Below, piece by piece: positions 9,833-19,943 of a stretch of DNA of 64,000 bases; positions within the stretch are counted from its first letter, which is position 1; the number at the start of each line of letters is the position of its first letter. Under the pieces are notes generated by a model. That model was not told where the DNA came from, did no database searches, and saw nothing but the letters and a program-made list of their open reading frames with translations. A program made the translations under genes and the position numbers. Source of the DNA: an uncultured Candidatus Saccharibacteria bacterium (GTDB lineage Bacteria > Patescibacteriota > WWE3 > UBA101185 > UBA10185); assembly GCA_964387275.1 (NCBI GenBank), contig CAYLVW010000001.1:291508-355507 (forward strand), in the 5' to 3' direction.

Positions 9833-10039
9833 AAGTTCGCAACAACTTGTTTTGCAAATAAGTTTTGGCAAATTTGCGAATAATATTCTTAGTTTTTTGA
9901 AGCCCCTTGGGCGATTAGCTTTCAGGCTATCTTTTCTCTAATGTTTTCTAGAAAAAACTTGTAAGGCTTTTACTAGTAAACTTGTCGAAAATAAGTAGCG
10001 AAATAGTCCAGCAACAATGTTGCACAACTAAGTCAGTAC

Positions 10040-10528
10040 TTAGGGCAGAACTAAAACCTGTCCTGGTACTATAAGCGCTTGTGTGCCGTTTGGCAAATAT
10101 TTTATAGTTTCTTTGTTAGCTTCTAAAATTTTTGTCCACTCAGCGCCATTACCATATACTGCTTCTGCTATTTCCCAAAGTGTGTCTCCTCTAACTACTG
10201 AGTAAGTACCACCTGTAATATCGCCCTCTACGTAATCATTTGCTACCCAAGCCGGACCAATAACTGTACCATTTGTTGTAGAACCTGAAATTGTTGTTTT
10301 GTCTTCTGTTTTGGTTTCGTCATCCAAACCAAACTTATCTTTTAGTTCTACGGTATCTTGATTGCTGGTACTTGTTGAAGTAATGTCTGCTGATTTGTTG
10401 AAGAAATTGTAAGTAGCAAATATTAAAGCTATAACGGCCATACCACCGACTAATAGTGCAAGTTTATCCCTATCCATTTCAAAAGGGAGATTAATCCCAG
10501 AAGGATTATTAGATTTATCGTTAGACAT
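10040..10528 (-). CDS. LysM domain membrane-anchored protein
   Basis: YSVVRGDTLWEIA...YGNG...IVPGQVLVLP; GGAGGTG SD. Confidence 0.92.
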   Translation of the reverse strand: MSNDKSNNPSGINLPFEMDRDKLALLVGGMAVIALIFATYNFFNKSADITSTSTSNQDTVELKDKFGLDDETKTEDKTTISGSTTNGTVIGPAWVANDYVEGDITGGTYSVVRGDTLWEIAEAVYGNGAEWTKILEANKETIKYLPNGTQALIVPGQVLVLP

Positions 10529-10687
10529 TTAAGCACCTCCATTCACGTCAAATTTAATATTCTTGCTTTTAGGCAAGAGACGTTTACGTCGTTTGGGGCA
10601 ATGTATAATCAATATTATACTATCATAGGTTAGTATTTAATCAATAAAGTTTGTTTAATAGGTTTGAGTATAAAGTTTATTACTTTA

Positions 10688-10764
10688 TGGCGGAACCGAC
10701 GGGGCTCGAACCCGCGGCCTCTTCCGTGACAGGGAAGCGCTCTAACCAACTGAGCTACGGCTCC
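10688..10764 (-). tRNA. tRNA-Asp(GTC)
   Basis: Reverse complement GGAGCCGTAGCTCAGTTGGTTAGAGC...CTGTCAC...GGTTCGAGCCCCGTCGGTTCCGCCA. Confidence 0.97.
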
Positions 10765-10941
10765 AGATAAAAGTATTTTAACATCTCTGAGCATTTTTGA
10801 CTCAAAGCCGGTAAATATTAACAAAGCATATCTACTCGGTCAATTGGTAACATAGGTACAGACTCAGGCAGTTTTTATGTAATCTAACTATAGGGCATTA
10901 TCTTATTGTTACGGCAGCAATAAACCACTAGAATACTCTTA

Positions 10942-12708
10942 ATGAGTGCAACGAGATTAACAAACAAACAAATAGTAACCTATTTAAAAGAGACTCTAGC
11001 AGCGCTTGAGGTAACGGAAGCTAATAGATTTAGAGTTAGAGCTTACCAAAACGCTATATCTTCAATAGATGCTCTTACGTCAAGTGTTTACGATCTTTGG
11101 GAGAATAACAGGCTTTCAGAAATCGCTGGTGTTGGTGAAGGCCTTAAGTACGATTTAACGTCTCTTTTTGAGTCAGGTGGGGTTCCCGAACATGAGAAAC
11201 TCAAAAAATCCTTACCTCAAGGTATGTTTGAACTTATTGGGATTAGAGGTATTGGTGCAAAAAAAGCGTATAAATTAGCAAAGGCATTTTCTCTTGAGGA
11301 TAGAGCTTTAGCTCTTGAGAAGTTAAAGGAAGCGGCAGAAACGGGGAAAGTACAGATACTTGATGGTTTTGGTGAAAAATCAGAGAAAGATATTTTAGAG
11401 GCCCTTCTAGATTCTAAAAAGACAAAAAATGAAAAACCCAGACTTCTACTTATAAAAGCAGAGGAGGTTGCCGAAAGAGTTCTATCTTATATGAAGCTAT
11501 GCCCAAGCGTTATCGAAATTAATACTCTTGGATCTCTAAGAAGGAGGCAATCAACAGTAGGAGATTTAGATATAGCTGCATCCTCACATGATATTGAAAA
11601 AGTGCTAGGTTTTTTTGAAAAATTTCCGGAGATAGGTGAAGTTATTGCTAGGGGAGATAAAAAAATCCAGGCTGTTTTAAAAAATGATTTACAGATTGAC
11701 TTTAGAGTAGCAACTCCTAAAGCATACGGCGCTATGCTTCAATATTTTACGGGTTCAAAACAACATAATGTTCTATTAAGAACTTATTCTTTGGATAGTG
11801 GTAAATCCTTGTCAGAGTATGGGATTAAATATAAAAGTTCTCTTCATGAGTTTTCTACGGAGGCTGATTTTTATAGGTTTATCGGACTTCCATATATACA
11901 TCCAGAGCTTAGGCAAGGTAAAAACGAGATAGAACTTGCTCGAGGTAATAAACTCCCAAGCTTGGTACAACTCTCTGATATTAAAGGTGAAGTGCATACT
12001 CACACAACAAGTTCTGATGGGGAGAACTCGCTTGATGATATGACTGAGGTAGCAGCCTCCATGGACTACCAATACTATGGTATCTCGGATCATGCTCCAA
12101 GCGTTATATCAAGGGGATATGACGAGGTCGAAAAAATTATATACAACCACAAAACACAAATATCTATAAGACAGAAAGAACTTAAAGACTTAAAGTTACT
12201 TTTTGGCTATGAGGTAAATATTTTAAATGATTCCACACTGGGTTTGCCCGACTCTTTGCTTAAAGAATTAGACTATGTTGTGGCATCAATTCATACTTCT
12301 TTTAGTCAAGACAGGGATGTTATAACTGAAAGGCTTATAAAAGCAATTGAGAATCCATATGTTAATATAATCGGTCACCCGTCCGGTAGATTAATAAATG
12401 AAAGGATTGCTTGTGATATTGATTGGACAAAAGTATTTGATGCGCTTCTTTACAATGACAAAACAATTGAGATAAACTCCCAACCATCAAGGCTGGATCT
12501 TGCTGACGACTTAGTTAAAGAAGCAATTGGAAGGGGTATAAAAATTATTATAAACACAGACGCACACTCTACAAGAGATCTATCCTATATGAAGTATGGA
12601 ATCGATGTGGCAAGACGAGGTTTTTGCGAGGCAAGAAACATTGTGAATACTTTACCTTTGGACGATTTTTTGAGAGTATTGAAAGTACGTAATCAAAAAG
12701 AGAAGTAG
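10942..12708 (+). CDS. polX: DNA polymerase X with PHP domain
   Basis: GSLRR...VGDLD and YFTGSK motifs; PHP motifs HTHT, DH, GHP, TDAH. Confidence 0.95.
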   Translation: MSATRLTNKQIVTYLKETLAALEVTEANRFRVRAYQNAISSIDALTSSVYDLWENNRLSEIAGVGEGLKYDLTSLFESGGVPEHEKLKKSLPQGMFELIGIRGIGAKKAYKLAKAFSLEDRALALEKLKEAAETGKVQILDGFGEKSEKDILEALLDSKKTKNEKPRLLLIKAEEVAERVLSYMKLCPSVIEINTLGSLRRRQSTVGDLDIAASSHDIEKVLGFFEKFPEIGEVIARGDKKIQAVLKNDLQIDFRVATPKAYGAMLQYFTGSKQHNVLLRTYSLDSGKSLSEYGIKYKSSLHEFSTEADFYRFIGLPYIHPELRQGKNEIELARGNKLPSLVQLSDIKGEVHTHTTSSDGENSLDDMTEVAASMDYQYYGISDHAPSVISRGYDEVEKIIYNHKTQISIRQKELKDLKLLFGYEVNILNDSTLGLPDSLLKELDYVVASIHTSFSQDRDVITERLIKAIENPYVNIIGHPSGRLINERIACDIDWTKVFDALLYNDKTIEINSQPSRLDLADDLVKEAIGRGIKIIINTDAHSTRDLSYMKYGIDVARRGFCEARNIVNTLPLDDFLRVLKVRNQKEK

Positions 12709-12732
12709 TTGGTTTAAATAAGAAGGAGTTAT

Positions 12733-13287
12733 ATGTATTTAGTACTTGTGCCAGTTATTTTAATAGCTATAGTTGTATTTTATTTTATAAGTATTTACAA
12801 CACTTTTGCGGGCTTGAAGGTTAAGGTAAAAGAAGCGTGGAGCCATATTGATATTCAGTTAAAAAGACGTGTGGATTTAATCCCAAACCTAGTTGAAACA
12901 GTTAAAGGTTACGCAAAGCATGAGAAAGAGGTATTTGAAAATGTAACCAAGGCAAGAGCTGCTTTAATGGGGGCTTCAAATGCAACCGAGGCAAGTCAAG
13001 CTGATAACATGCTAACTGGTGCTCTAAAGAGCTTATTTGCAGTTGCCGAGGCTTATCCGGAACTTAAAGCGCAGGAAGGATTTTTGCATTTACAAAAAGA
13101 GTTAAGTGATACTGAAGATAAAATTGCCTATTCCAGACAATTCTATAACTCTGTTGTTAGAGATTTTAATTCTCAAATTGTGATGTTTCCCTCAAATTTG
13201 ATAGCTCAGATGTTTGGATTTTCACAAGAGGCATTTTTTGAAGTAACAAACCCACAAGAACGAGAGCCTGTAAAAGTAAACTTTTAA
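12733..13287 (+). CDS. lemA: LemA family protein
   Basis: QLKRR-x-DLIPNLVETVKGY and AEAYPELKA motifs. Confidence 0.95.
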   Translation: MYLVLVPVILIAIVVFYFISIYNTFAGLKVKVKEAWSHIDIQLKRRVDLIPNLVETVKGYAKHEKEVFENVTKARAALMGASNATEASQADNMLTGALKSLFAVAEAYPELKAQEGFLHLQKELSDTEDKIAYSRQFYNSVVRDFNSQIVMFPSNLIAQMFGFSQEAFFEVTNPQEREPVKVNF

Positions 13288-13307
13288 TAATAGCATTACT
13301 GTAAAAC

Positions 13308-14219
13308 ATGAATATCTACAATCAGATTGATAGTAATAAACGAAACACGATCTTTATAATGTTAGGATTTATACTTGTAGTTAGTTTTATTGGGTGGTTT
13401 GTCGGGGAATATTTTTTTGAAGGTAGTGGTACATTTATGACGGGCATTGCCCTTATATTTTCAGGTTTTAGTGGTTTTTTTTCTTATTATTTCTCAGATC
13501 AAATTGTCCTTGGGCTTTCGGGCGCCAAAGAAATAAAAGAGACTGATAATCCTTATATCTATAAGTTAGTTCAGAACTTATGTATAGGTGCTGGGTTACC
13601 TCTTCCTAAAATATATATTATTGAAGACACCGCCATGAATGCATTTGCTACAGGAAGAGACCCCAATCACTCTGTTGTATGTTTTACAACAGGCATTATA
13701 TCCAGATTAAACAAGCTTGAGTTAGAAGGTGTGATTGCTCATGAACTCTCTCACATTAAAAACTATGATATTAGATTGATGTCTATTGTTTCTGTTTTAG
13801 TAGGAACTATTGCACTCTTATCTGATTTTTTTACAAGAGGTGCGCTCTGGGGTTCTGGGGGTAAAAGAAGGGATAGGGAAGGATCTGGTGCTGAACTTAC
13901 TGGGTTTGTTTTAGTACTGGGAGTTTTAATACTAATTTTAGGCCCTGTTATAGCTACACTAATAAAACTTGCTGTTTCCAGAAACAGAGAATATTTAGCT
14001 GATGCTTCCGCAGCACTTCTAACAAGATATCCAAAGGGTTTGGCCGACGCTCTAAGAAAAATTTCCGGAGATACAGAAATTCTAGAGGCTGCTAATAGTG
14101 CGACTGCACACCTGTACATTTCAAATCCCTTAAAATCAGGAGCTCTGGGGTTTTTGGGCGGCCTTTTTGATACACACCCTCCTGTAGAGGAGCGCATTAA
14201 TAGACTGACCTCAATGTAA
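13308..14219 (+). CDS. htpX: Zinc metalloprotease HtpX (M48)
   Basis: NAFATG, HELSH, REYLAD and THPP motifs. Confidence 0.95.
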   Translation: MNIYNQIDSNKRNTIFIMLGFILVVSFIGWFVGEYFFEGSGTFMTGIALIFSGFSGFFSYYFSDQIVLGLSGAKEIKETDNPYIYKLVQNLCIGAGLPLPKIYIIEDTAMNAFATGRDPNHSVVCFTTGIISRLNKLELEGVIAHELSHIKNYDIRLMSIVSVLVGTIALLSDFFTRGALWGSGGKRRDREGSGAELTGFVLVLGVLILILGPVIATLIKLAVSRNREYLADASAALLTRYPKGLADALRKISGDTEILEAANSATAHLYISNPLKSGALGFLGGLFDTHPPVEERINRLTSM

Positions 14220-14300
14220 CCATACTATTACAAGTAAGGTTGCTCCTGTACAAAACCTATAGTATAATACATCTAACACTTCAGGCAAAGGATCAAAACA

Positions 14301-14567
14301 ATGGAAAATTTTTGGCCGTTTATTCATGTTTCCGTTTATTTTATGTTCGTACTTTTTAGCTTTGTGACTTTGCCCTCTATGTGGTTATATACGAGCTACT
14401 CTCATATTGAGAATAACAAGCTTAGCAGTTTTGTAAAGCTTGTGCTCGTCATATGGAGTACGGCTCTATCTGCAAGTGTTTTTATAGTTAACCTTTTCAT
14501 TATTGTCGCTAACTACGCGGGGATGGAGGCTAACTTAAAGATTTTATTAAACACTGCCTCAAGGTAG
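14301..14567 (+). CDS. Hypothetical small membrane protein (ORFan)
   Basis: Two TM segments; TATAAT and AAGGA upstream; terminator downstream. Confidence 0.65.
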   Translation: MENFWPFIHVSVYFMFVLFSFVTLPSMWLYTSYSHIENNKLSSFVKLVLVIWSTALSASVFIVNLFIIVANYAGMEANLKILLNTASR

Positions 14568-14573
14568 TACTTT

Positions 14574-14616
14574 ACCGCAGTCTTGAGATTTTATATCTCA
14601 CTTCTGCGGTTTTTTT
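14574..14616 (+). terminator. Interrupted-stem intrinsic terminator
   Basis: ACCGCAG-TCT-TGAGAT / ATCTCA-CTT-CTGCGGT followed by T-run. Confidence 0.75.
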
Positions 14617-14652
14617 ATTGGGAAAAAGCGTTGTTATTGATATAATCTTCAC

Positions 14653-14949
14653 GTGATTACAAAAGAAGAAGTAATAAAAGTTGCAAAACTTGTAAATATC
14701 AAATTAACTGATGATGAAGTTTCTAAATTGTCTGAGTTATTTTCTGACACTCTGGATAAAATTGCGGTCCTAAATGAGCTTGATGTTAGTGGTGTTTTGG
14801 AAACATATCAAGTTAATGGTCTTACTAATATTTATAGTGTCGAGGTATTAAATAAAGCTACTCTTTCCAAAGACGAAGCCTTAGCAAATGCCACAAAAAG
14901 AGTTAATGATTACTTTGCCACTAAAGCAGTATTTGAAAGGTCACAATGA
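14653..14949 (+). CDS. gatC: Asp-tRNA(Asn)/Glu-tRNA(Gln) amidotransferase subunit C
   Basis: ITKEEV-x-KVAKL N-terminus; position before gatA. Confidence 0.92.
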   Translation: MITKEEVIKVAKLVNIKLTDDEVSKLSELFSDTLDKIAVLNELDVSGVLETYQVNGLTNIYSVEVLNKATLSKDEALANATKRVNDYFATKAVFERSQ

Positions 14950-16379
14950 AACTAAACGAACTTACTATACTTGAAGCAATAGAAGGATTAAAAACAAGTA
15001 AGTTTACGTCAGTAGAGTTAACGAAAGCCTGTTTTGACCAAATTAAAAAACATGACCTTGAGATAAAAGCCTTCGTTACTCTATGTGAATCCCAAGCACT
15101 TAATGATGCAGCTGAAGCTGACAAACTTATTAAAGTATCAGGAGTAGACATTTTTAATTCAAAACCTTTACTTGGTGTTCCATATGCCTGTAAAGATAAT
15201 TTTAATACAAACGGTATTGAAACAACCGCAAGTTCTAATGTATTAAAAGGTTATATTCCTCCTTATGAATCTACTGTGACCTCCAAGCTTAAGGACGCTG
15301 GAGCTATATTAATTGGAAAAACAAATATGGATGCTTTTGCGCATGGGTCATCTACAGAAACTTCGGATTTTTTTACTACAAGAAATCCTTGGGATACTTC
15401 AAGAGTTCCTGGTGGCTCATCTGGAGGATCAGGTGCTGCTGTTGCTTCCAATATGTGTATTTTTGCATTGGGTAGTGAGACAGCAGGTAGTATTAGATGT
15501 CCTGCTTCATGGTGCGGCGTAACAGGGTTTAAACCATCTTATGGCAGAGTTAGCAGGTACGGGCTTATAGCTATGGCGAGTTCCACAGATCAAGCTGGCC
15601 CTATCGCAAAAAATATTGAAGATTGTGCTTTAGTAATGGAGATAATAGCGGGTAAAGATCCTAAAGATGCTACCTCTTCAAATACTCCTGTTGAGAAATA
15701 CCTAGAGGAAGCAAAATCAGCAAATTCTTTAAAAGGTGTGAGGATAGGAAAACCAAAATCATATTTTGATATAGATTTAGAACCAGGTGTTAAAAAATCT
15801 ATTGAAGATGCAATTATCATATTTGAAAATCTAGGTGCAGAAATTGTAGAAATAGATCTACTTGATCCAAAATACTCAATTGCTGTCTATACAATTTTGC
15901 AAAGATCAGAGGTTTCCTCTAATTTAGCAAGACTTGATGGGATAAGATATGGTCATGATAGACAAAGCTTCGGATTTGAGGCAAAAAAGAGAATGATGCT
16001 AGGTGCTTACACATTAAGCTCTGGTTACTATGATGCATACTATTCAAAAGCACAGAAAGTCAGAACTCTAATTGTTGAGGATTTTAATAAAGCTTTCGAA
16101 AAAGTCGATATGATTGTTGGTCCTACTATGCCATGTTCTGCTTTAAAAATTGGTGAATCTGAGAAATCTTCGATGTTTGGCGAGATTATGGATGTTCTAA
16201 CTGAGCCGAGTTCAATTGCAGGAGTTACTGCTTTAAACCTCCCTTGTGGGTTTGATGAGAATGGCTTACCTATAGGTGTGCAATTAATTGGTCAGCAGTT
16301 TGATGAGGTCAAGATATTTAAAGCAGCGAGTGTATTTCAGAAGAACACTGATTTTCACAAGAAATTTCCTCTTGCGTGA
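14946..16379 (+). CDS. gatA: Amidotransferase subunit A
   Basis: Amidase signature PGGSSGGS, GSIRCPA, KPSYGRVSRYG. Confidence 0.97.
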   Translation: MKLNELTILEAIEGLKTSKFTSVELTKACFDQIKKHDLEIKAFVTLCESQALNDAAEADKLIKVSGVDIFNSKPLLGVPYACKDNFNTNGIETTASSNVLKGYIPPYESTVTSKLKDAGAILIGKTNMDAFAHGSSTETSDFFTTRNPWDTSRVPGGSSGGSGAAVASNMCIFALGSETAGSIRCPASWCGVTGFKPSYGRVSRYGLIAMASSTDQAGPIAKNIEDCALVMEIIAGKDPKDATSSNTPVEKYLEEAKSANSLKGVRIGKPKSYFDIDLEPGVKKSIEDAIIIFENLGAEIVEIDLLDPKYSIAVYTILQRSEVSSNLARLDGIRYGHDRQSFGFEAKKRMMLGAYTLSSGYYDAYYSKAQKVRTLIVEDFNKAFEKVDMIVGPTMPCSALKIGESEKSSMFGEIMDVLTEPSSIAGVTALNLPCGFDENGLPIGVQLIGQQFDEVKIFKAASVFQKNTDFHKKFPLA

Positions 16380-16388
16380 TAAAATACT

Positions 16389-18152
16389 ATGATGACAAGA
16401 ATAAAGGCAATAGATACATCTAATAAAGTTGGAGAAACCGTGACAGTAATGGGCTGGGTTGATAGAGTTAGGGACCATGGCGGTTTGATTTTTATTGATT
16501 TACGCGATAGAAGCGGGTTTGTTCAGATAGTTTGCAATCCGGAGAATCAAGCAGTTTATACCGAGGCAAAAAAAGCAGGTCCCGAATATGTGGTTTCTGT
16601 GACGGGCACTGTAGCAAAAAGACCTGAGTTTACCATAAATAAAAACCTTCCGACTGGGGAAATAGAGATACCTGCAGAAGATTTTAAGATTCTTAATATT
16701 TCAAAAACAACTCCGTTTCCAATTCATGATGAAGACAAGGTAGAAGATGAGTCATTAAGACTCGAGTACAGATATTTAGATCTAAGAAGACCAGAAATGA
16801 AAACACGCTTAGAGCTAAGACACCAAGTTGTAGACTTTATAAGGAGATACATGAGTGATGCAGAATTTTGGGATGTTGAAACGCCTGTTCTTATGAAAGG
16901 AACTCCTGAAGGCGCAAGAGAATTCTTAGTCCCAAGTAGAGTTTATAAAGGTAAGTTTTATGTTTTGCCTCAGTCCCCTCAACAGTATAAGCAGTTGCTA
17001 ATGGTCTCAGGAATTGAGAAATACTACCAAATTGCCAGATGCTTTAGAGATGAGGATCAAAGGGGCGACAGACAACCAGAATTTACACAGCTAGATCTCG
17101 AGATGTCCTTTATTGAAAGGGAAGATATTCTACAAACACTTGAAGATTTATTTACCAAGTTGGTTGCAAAAGTTACGCCGAATAAAAAACTACTATCAAG
17201 TCCTTTTACCAGAATGACTTATGAAGAAGCTGTAACTAGGTATGGTAATGATAAACCTGATCTTCGTATCGGCATGGAGATTATAGATTTTACAAATCTT
17301 TTTAAAGACCTTGAACTTCAGATATTTAAGGAAACATTTGCAGTAGGAGGCGTGCTTAAAGGCTTTGTAGCTAAAAGAGCCAAATGGTTTGATAAGAAAG
17401 CATTTGAGGGACTAACAAATCAACTTAAAGAACTAGGGGCAAAAGGTTTGCTCTATTTTGAAGTAAGGGAAGGTACAGTAAAAACTCCAATTCAAAATCA
17501 GCTTAACGAGGAAGTGTTTTCAAAAGTTCGAGAATTATCAGGTGCTGAAGCTGGAGATATTATATTTGCTGTTTCTGATAGCAACACCAAAGTTAATGAC
17601 TATTTAACAGCTCTAAGAAAAGAGGTTGCAAGAAGAAGTGGGTTGTATGAAGAAGTTAAAGATCAGATAGCGTTTGCCTGGGTTCTTGACTTTCCGCTTT
17701 TTGAATATGACCAGGAGAATAATTTAAGTTCAGTTCATCATCCTTTTACTATGCCAAAAAAAGAAGATATCACCTTTCTTGAAAGTGACCCTCTAAGAGT
17801 TAGGTCTGACGCCTACGATATTGTCGCAAATGGCTATGAGTTAGGTAGTGGAAGCATCAGAATTCATGATAGACAATTACAGTTTAAAATATTTGAAATG
17901 CTAGGACTTAAAGAAGAGGAAATAAACGATAGATTTGGGCACATTTTGACTGCCTTTGAGTATGGGGTGCCCCCTCACGGAGGTATAGCACCTGGTATTG
18001 ATAGACTTCTTATGGTACTAACTAATACAGAGACAATCAGAGAGGTTATGGCTTTTCCTAAAAACCAAAGTGGTAAGGATTTAATGACAAAAGCCCCATC
18101 TGAAGTAAGTGAGAAACAGTTAAAAGAACTTGGTTTGAAACTTATTCAATGA
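16389..18152 (+). CDS. aspS: Aspartate--tRNA ligase (likely non-discriminating)
   Basis: RDHGGL, LPQSPQ, FRDED and PPHGG motifs. Confidence 0.97.
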   Translation: MMTRIKAIDTSNKVGETVTVMGWVDRVRDHGGLIFIDLRDRSGFVQIVCNPENQAVYTEAKKAGPEYVVSVTGTVAKRPEFTINKNLPTGEIEIPAEDFKILNISKTTPFPIHDEDKVEDESLRLEYRYLDLRRPEMKTRLELRHQVVDFIRRYMSDAEFWDVETPVLMKGTPEGAREFLVPSRVYKGKFYVLPQSPQQYKQLLMVSGIEKYYQIARCFRDEDQRGDRQPEFTQLDLEMSFIEREDILQTLEDLFTKLVAKVTPNKKLLSSPFTRMTYEEAVTRYGNDKPDLRIGMEIIDFTNLFKDLELQIFKETFAVGGVLKGFVAKRAKWFDKKAFEGLTNQLKELGAKGLLYFEVREGTVKTPIQNQLNEEVFSKVRELSGAEAGDIIFAVSDSNTKVNDYLTALRKEVARRSGLYEEVKDQIAFAWVLDFPLFEYDQENNLSSVHHPFTMPKKEDITFLESDPLRVRSDAYDIVANGYELGSGSIRIHDRQLQFKIFEMLGLKEEEINDRFGHILTAFEYGVPPHGGIAPGIDRLLMVLTNTETIREVMAFPKNQSGKDLMTKAPSEVSEKQLKELGLKLIQ

Positions 18153-18544
18153 TACTAGAGTTTCTAAAAAGCATCTTTATACCAAATACCTACAAAAGAG
18201 GTACTGTATCTTCACAGACAATTGAGAAGATTTCCAGAGACTGGGAAAATATCGCCGTTTTAGTAAAAGGAAAAAGCCCAAGTCAGTTAAAACAAGCACT
18301 AATAACAGCAGACAAGACTCTAGATGCTGCTTTAAAAGATATAGTTTTAGGAGACACTATGGGGGAAAGACTTAAAAATGCTAAAGATAAGTTTGATAGA
18401 GCTACATATAATCGAATTTGGGACGCCCATAAATTAAGAAATTCTCTAGTGCACGAAGCAGGTTTTGAACCCGGGTACTTCACTTTAGATGGTGCTATTA
18501 CAAATATTAGAATGGCACTTAGAAAGTTAAGGATTTATGTCTGA
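18149..18544 (+). CDS. Hypothetical protein with HEPN-like RxxxxH motif
   Basis: HKLRNSLVHE; overlaps both aspS and gatB. Confidence 0.7.
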   Translation: MILEFLKSIFIPNTYKRGTVSSQTIEKISRDWENIAVLVKGKSPSQLKQALITADKTLDAALKDIVLGDTMGERLKNAKDKFDRATYNRIWDAHKLRNSLVHEAGFEPGYFTLDGAITNIRMALRKLRIYV

Positions 18545-19850
18545 AAATTATAAGCTGGTATTAGGATTGGAAATCCATTTACATTTGAAAACAAAAACAA
18601 AAATGTTTTGTGGGTGTAGCGCAGACTTTTATGACAAAGAAGCAAATACCCATACATGTCCAGTTTGCTTAGGATTGCCGGGAGCTTTGCCAGTTGCTAA
18701 TTATGAAGCAGTTAGAAAAACCCAACTGTTAGGGTTGGCATTAGGATGCAAGCTAAATACTAATTCTAAATTTGATAGAAAACACTATTTCTACCCAGAC
18801 TTACCCAAAGGCTATCAAATCAGCCAATACAAAGAACCTTTATGTGAAGGAGGTAGCTTACAACTTACAAGTGGTGTTTTTTGCGAGATCGAAAGAATTC
18901 ATCTAGAGGAAGACACAGCTAAATCCATGCATGAAGGAGAGCACACTTTAATAGATTTTAACAAATCAGGTATGCCCCTTGTAGAAATAGTTACAAAACC
19001 TACCTTTAAATCTGTTGAGGATGCTGTTGAATTTTGTAAAAAAATTCAGGATCTGGTTAGGTTATTGGAAATAGGGGATGTAGATATGGAAAAGGGACAG
19101 ATGCGCTTAGAGGCTAATATTTCTGTTAGGACACAAGAAATGGAAACTAGTAATATTCTGCCAAAATACAAGGTGGAGGTGAAAAATATTAACTCTTTTA
19201 GATTTATGGAAAAAGCTGTAAGGTATGAGTTTAAAAGACAATCTGAGCTCCTATCAAATAGCGAGAAAGTTGTACAAGAAAATAGGGGTTGGGACGAGTC
19301 TTTAGGGCAAACAGTTTCACAACGTGAAAAAGAAGAAGCTCACGACTACAGATATTTTCCAGAACCAGATTTACCGCCCATGGTTTTTTCTGATGAATAT
19401 CTCAAAAAACTTTCTTCAGAGTTACCAGAACTCCCGTGGGTAAAAAAAGCCAGACTTATAAAACAGTATGGTCTGTCCGACAGCGTTGCCTTGCTGCTTT
19501 CCTCTACTGATAATAAAGTGATACTTGAGAAATTTGAAAGTATAGTTAAAGCTGGGATAGATCCATCAAAGGTTGCTAACTTATTACTTAATAAGCTTGA
19601 GTATAGGGAGCTAAGCACAAGTGATTTCGTATCAAAATATAAATCAGAAAACTCTAAGTTAACCGACACCATATTGATTTCTGAAGCAGTTGATAGGGTA
19701 TTAACAAGTAACTTAAAGTCAATCCAAGAATATCGCAAGGGTAAACTTAGTGTTATAGAGTTTCTAGTAGGAATGGCCATGAGAGAATTAAAAGGTAAAG
19801 CAGATGCAAATGTTGTACGAGGTCTTATAAGTGAAAAGCTTAATTTGTAA
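18537..19850 (+). CDS. gatB: Amidotransferase subunit B
   Basis: GLEIH, YPDLPKGYQISQ, HLEED and YRYFPEPDL motifs. Confidence 0.97.
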   Translation: MSENYKLVLGLEIHLHLKTKTKMFCGCSADFYDKEANTHTCPVCLGLPGALPVANYEAVRKTQLLGLALGCKLNTNSKFDRKHYFYPDLPKGYQISQYKEPLCEGGSLQLTSGVFCEIERIHLEEDTAKSMHEGEHTLIDFNKSGMPLVEIVTKPTFKSVEDAVEFCKKIQDLVRLLEIGDVDMEKGQMRLEANISVRTQEMETSNILPKYKVEVKNINSFRFMEKAVRYEFKRQSELLSNSEKVVQENRGWDESLGQTVSQREKEEAHDYRYFPEPDLPPMVFSDEYLKKLSSELPELPWVKKARLIKQYGLSDSVALLLSSTDNKVILEKFESIVKAGIDPSKVANLLLNKLEYRELSTSDFVSKYKSENSKLTDTILISEAVDRVLTSNLKSIQEYRKGKLSVIEFLVGMAMRELKGKADANVVRGLISEKLNL

Positions 19851-19943
19851 CTCTTGTTAAATTACATATTCTTCCTATAATTAATTCAGGCAGTGAAACA
19901 TATTTATTAACCTCTACTGGGTAGATTTCCTGTCGCCAAAATT

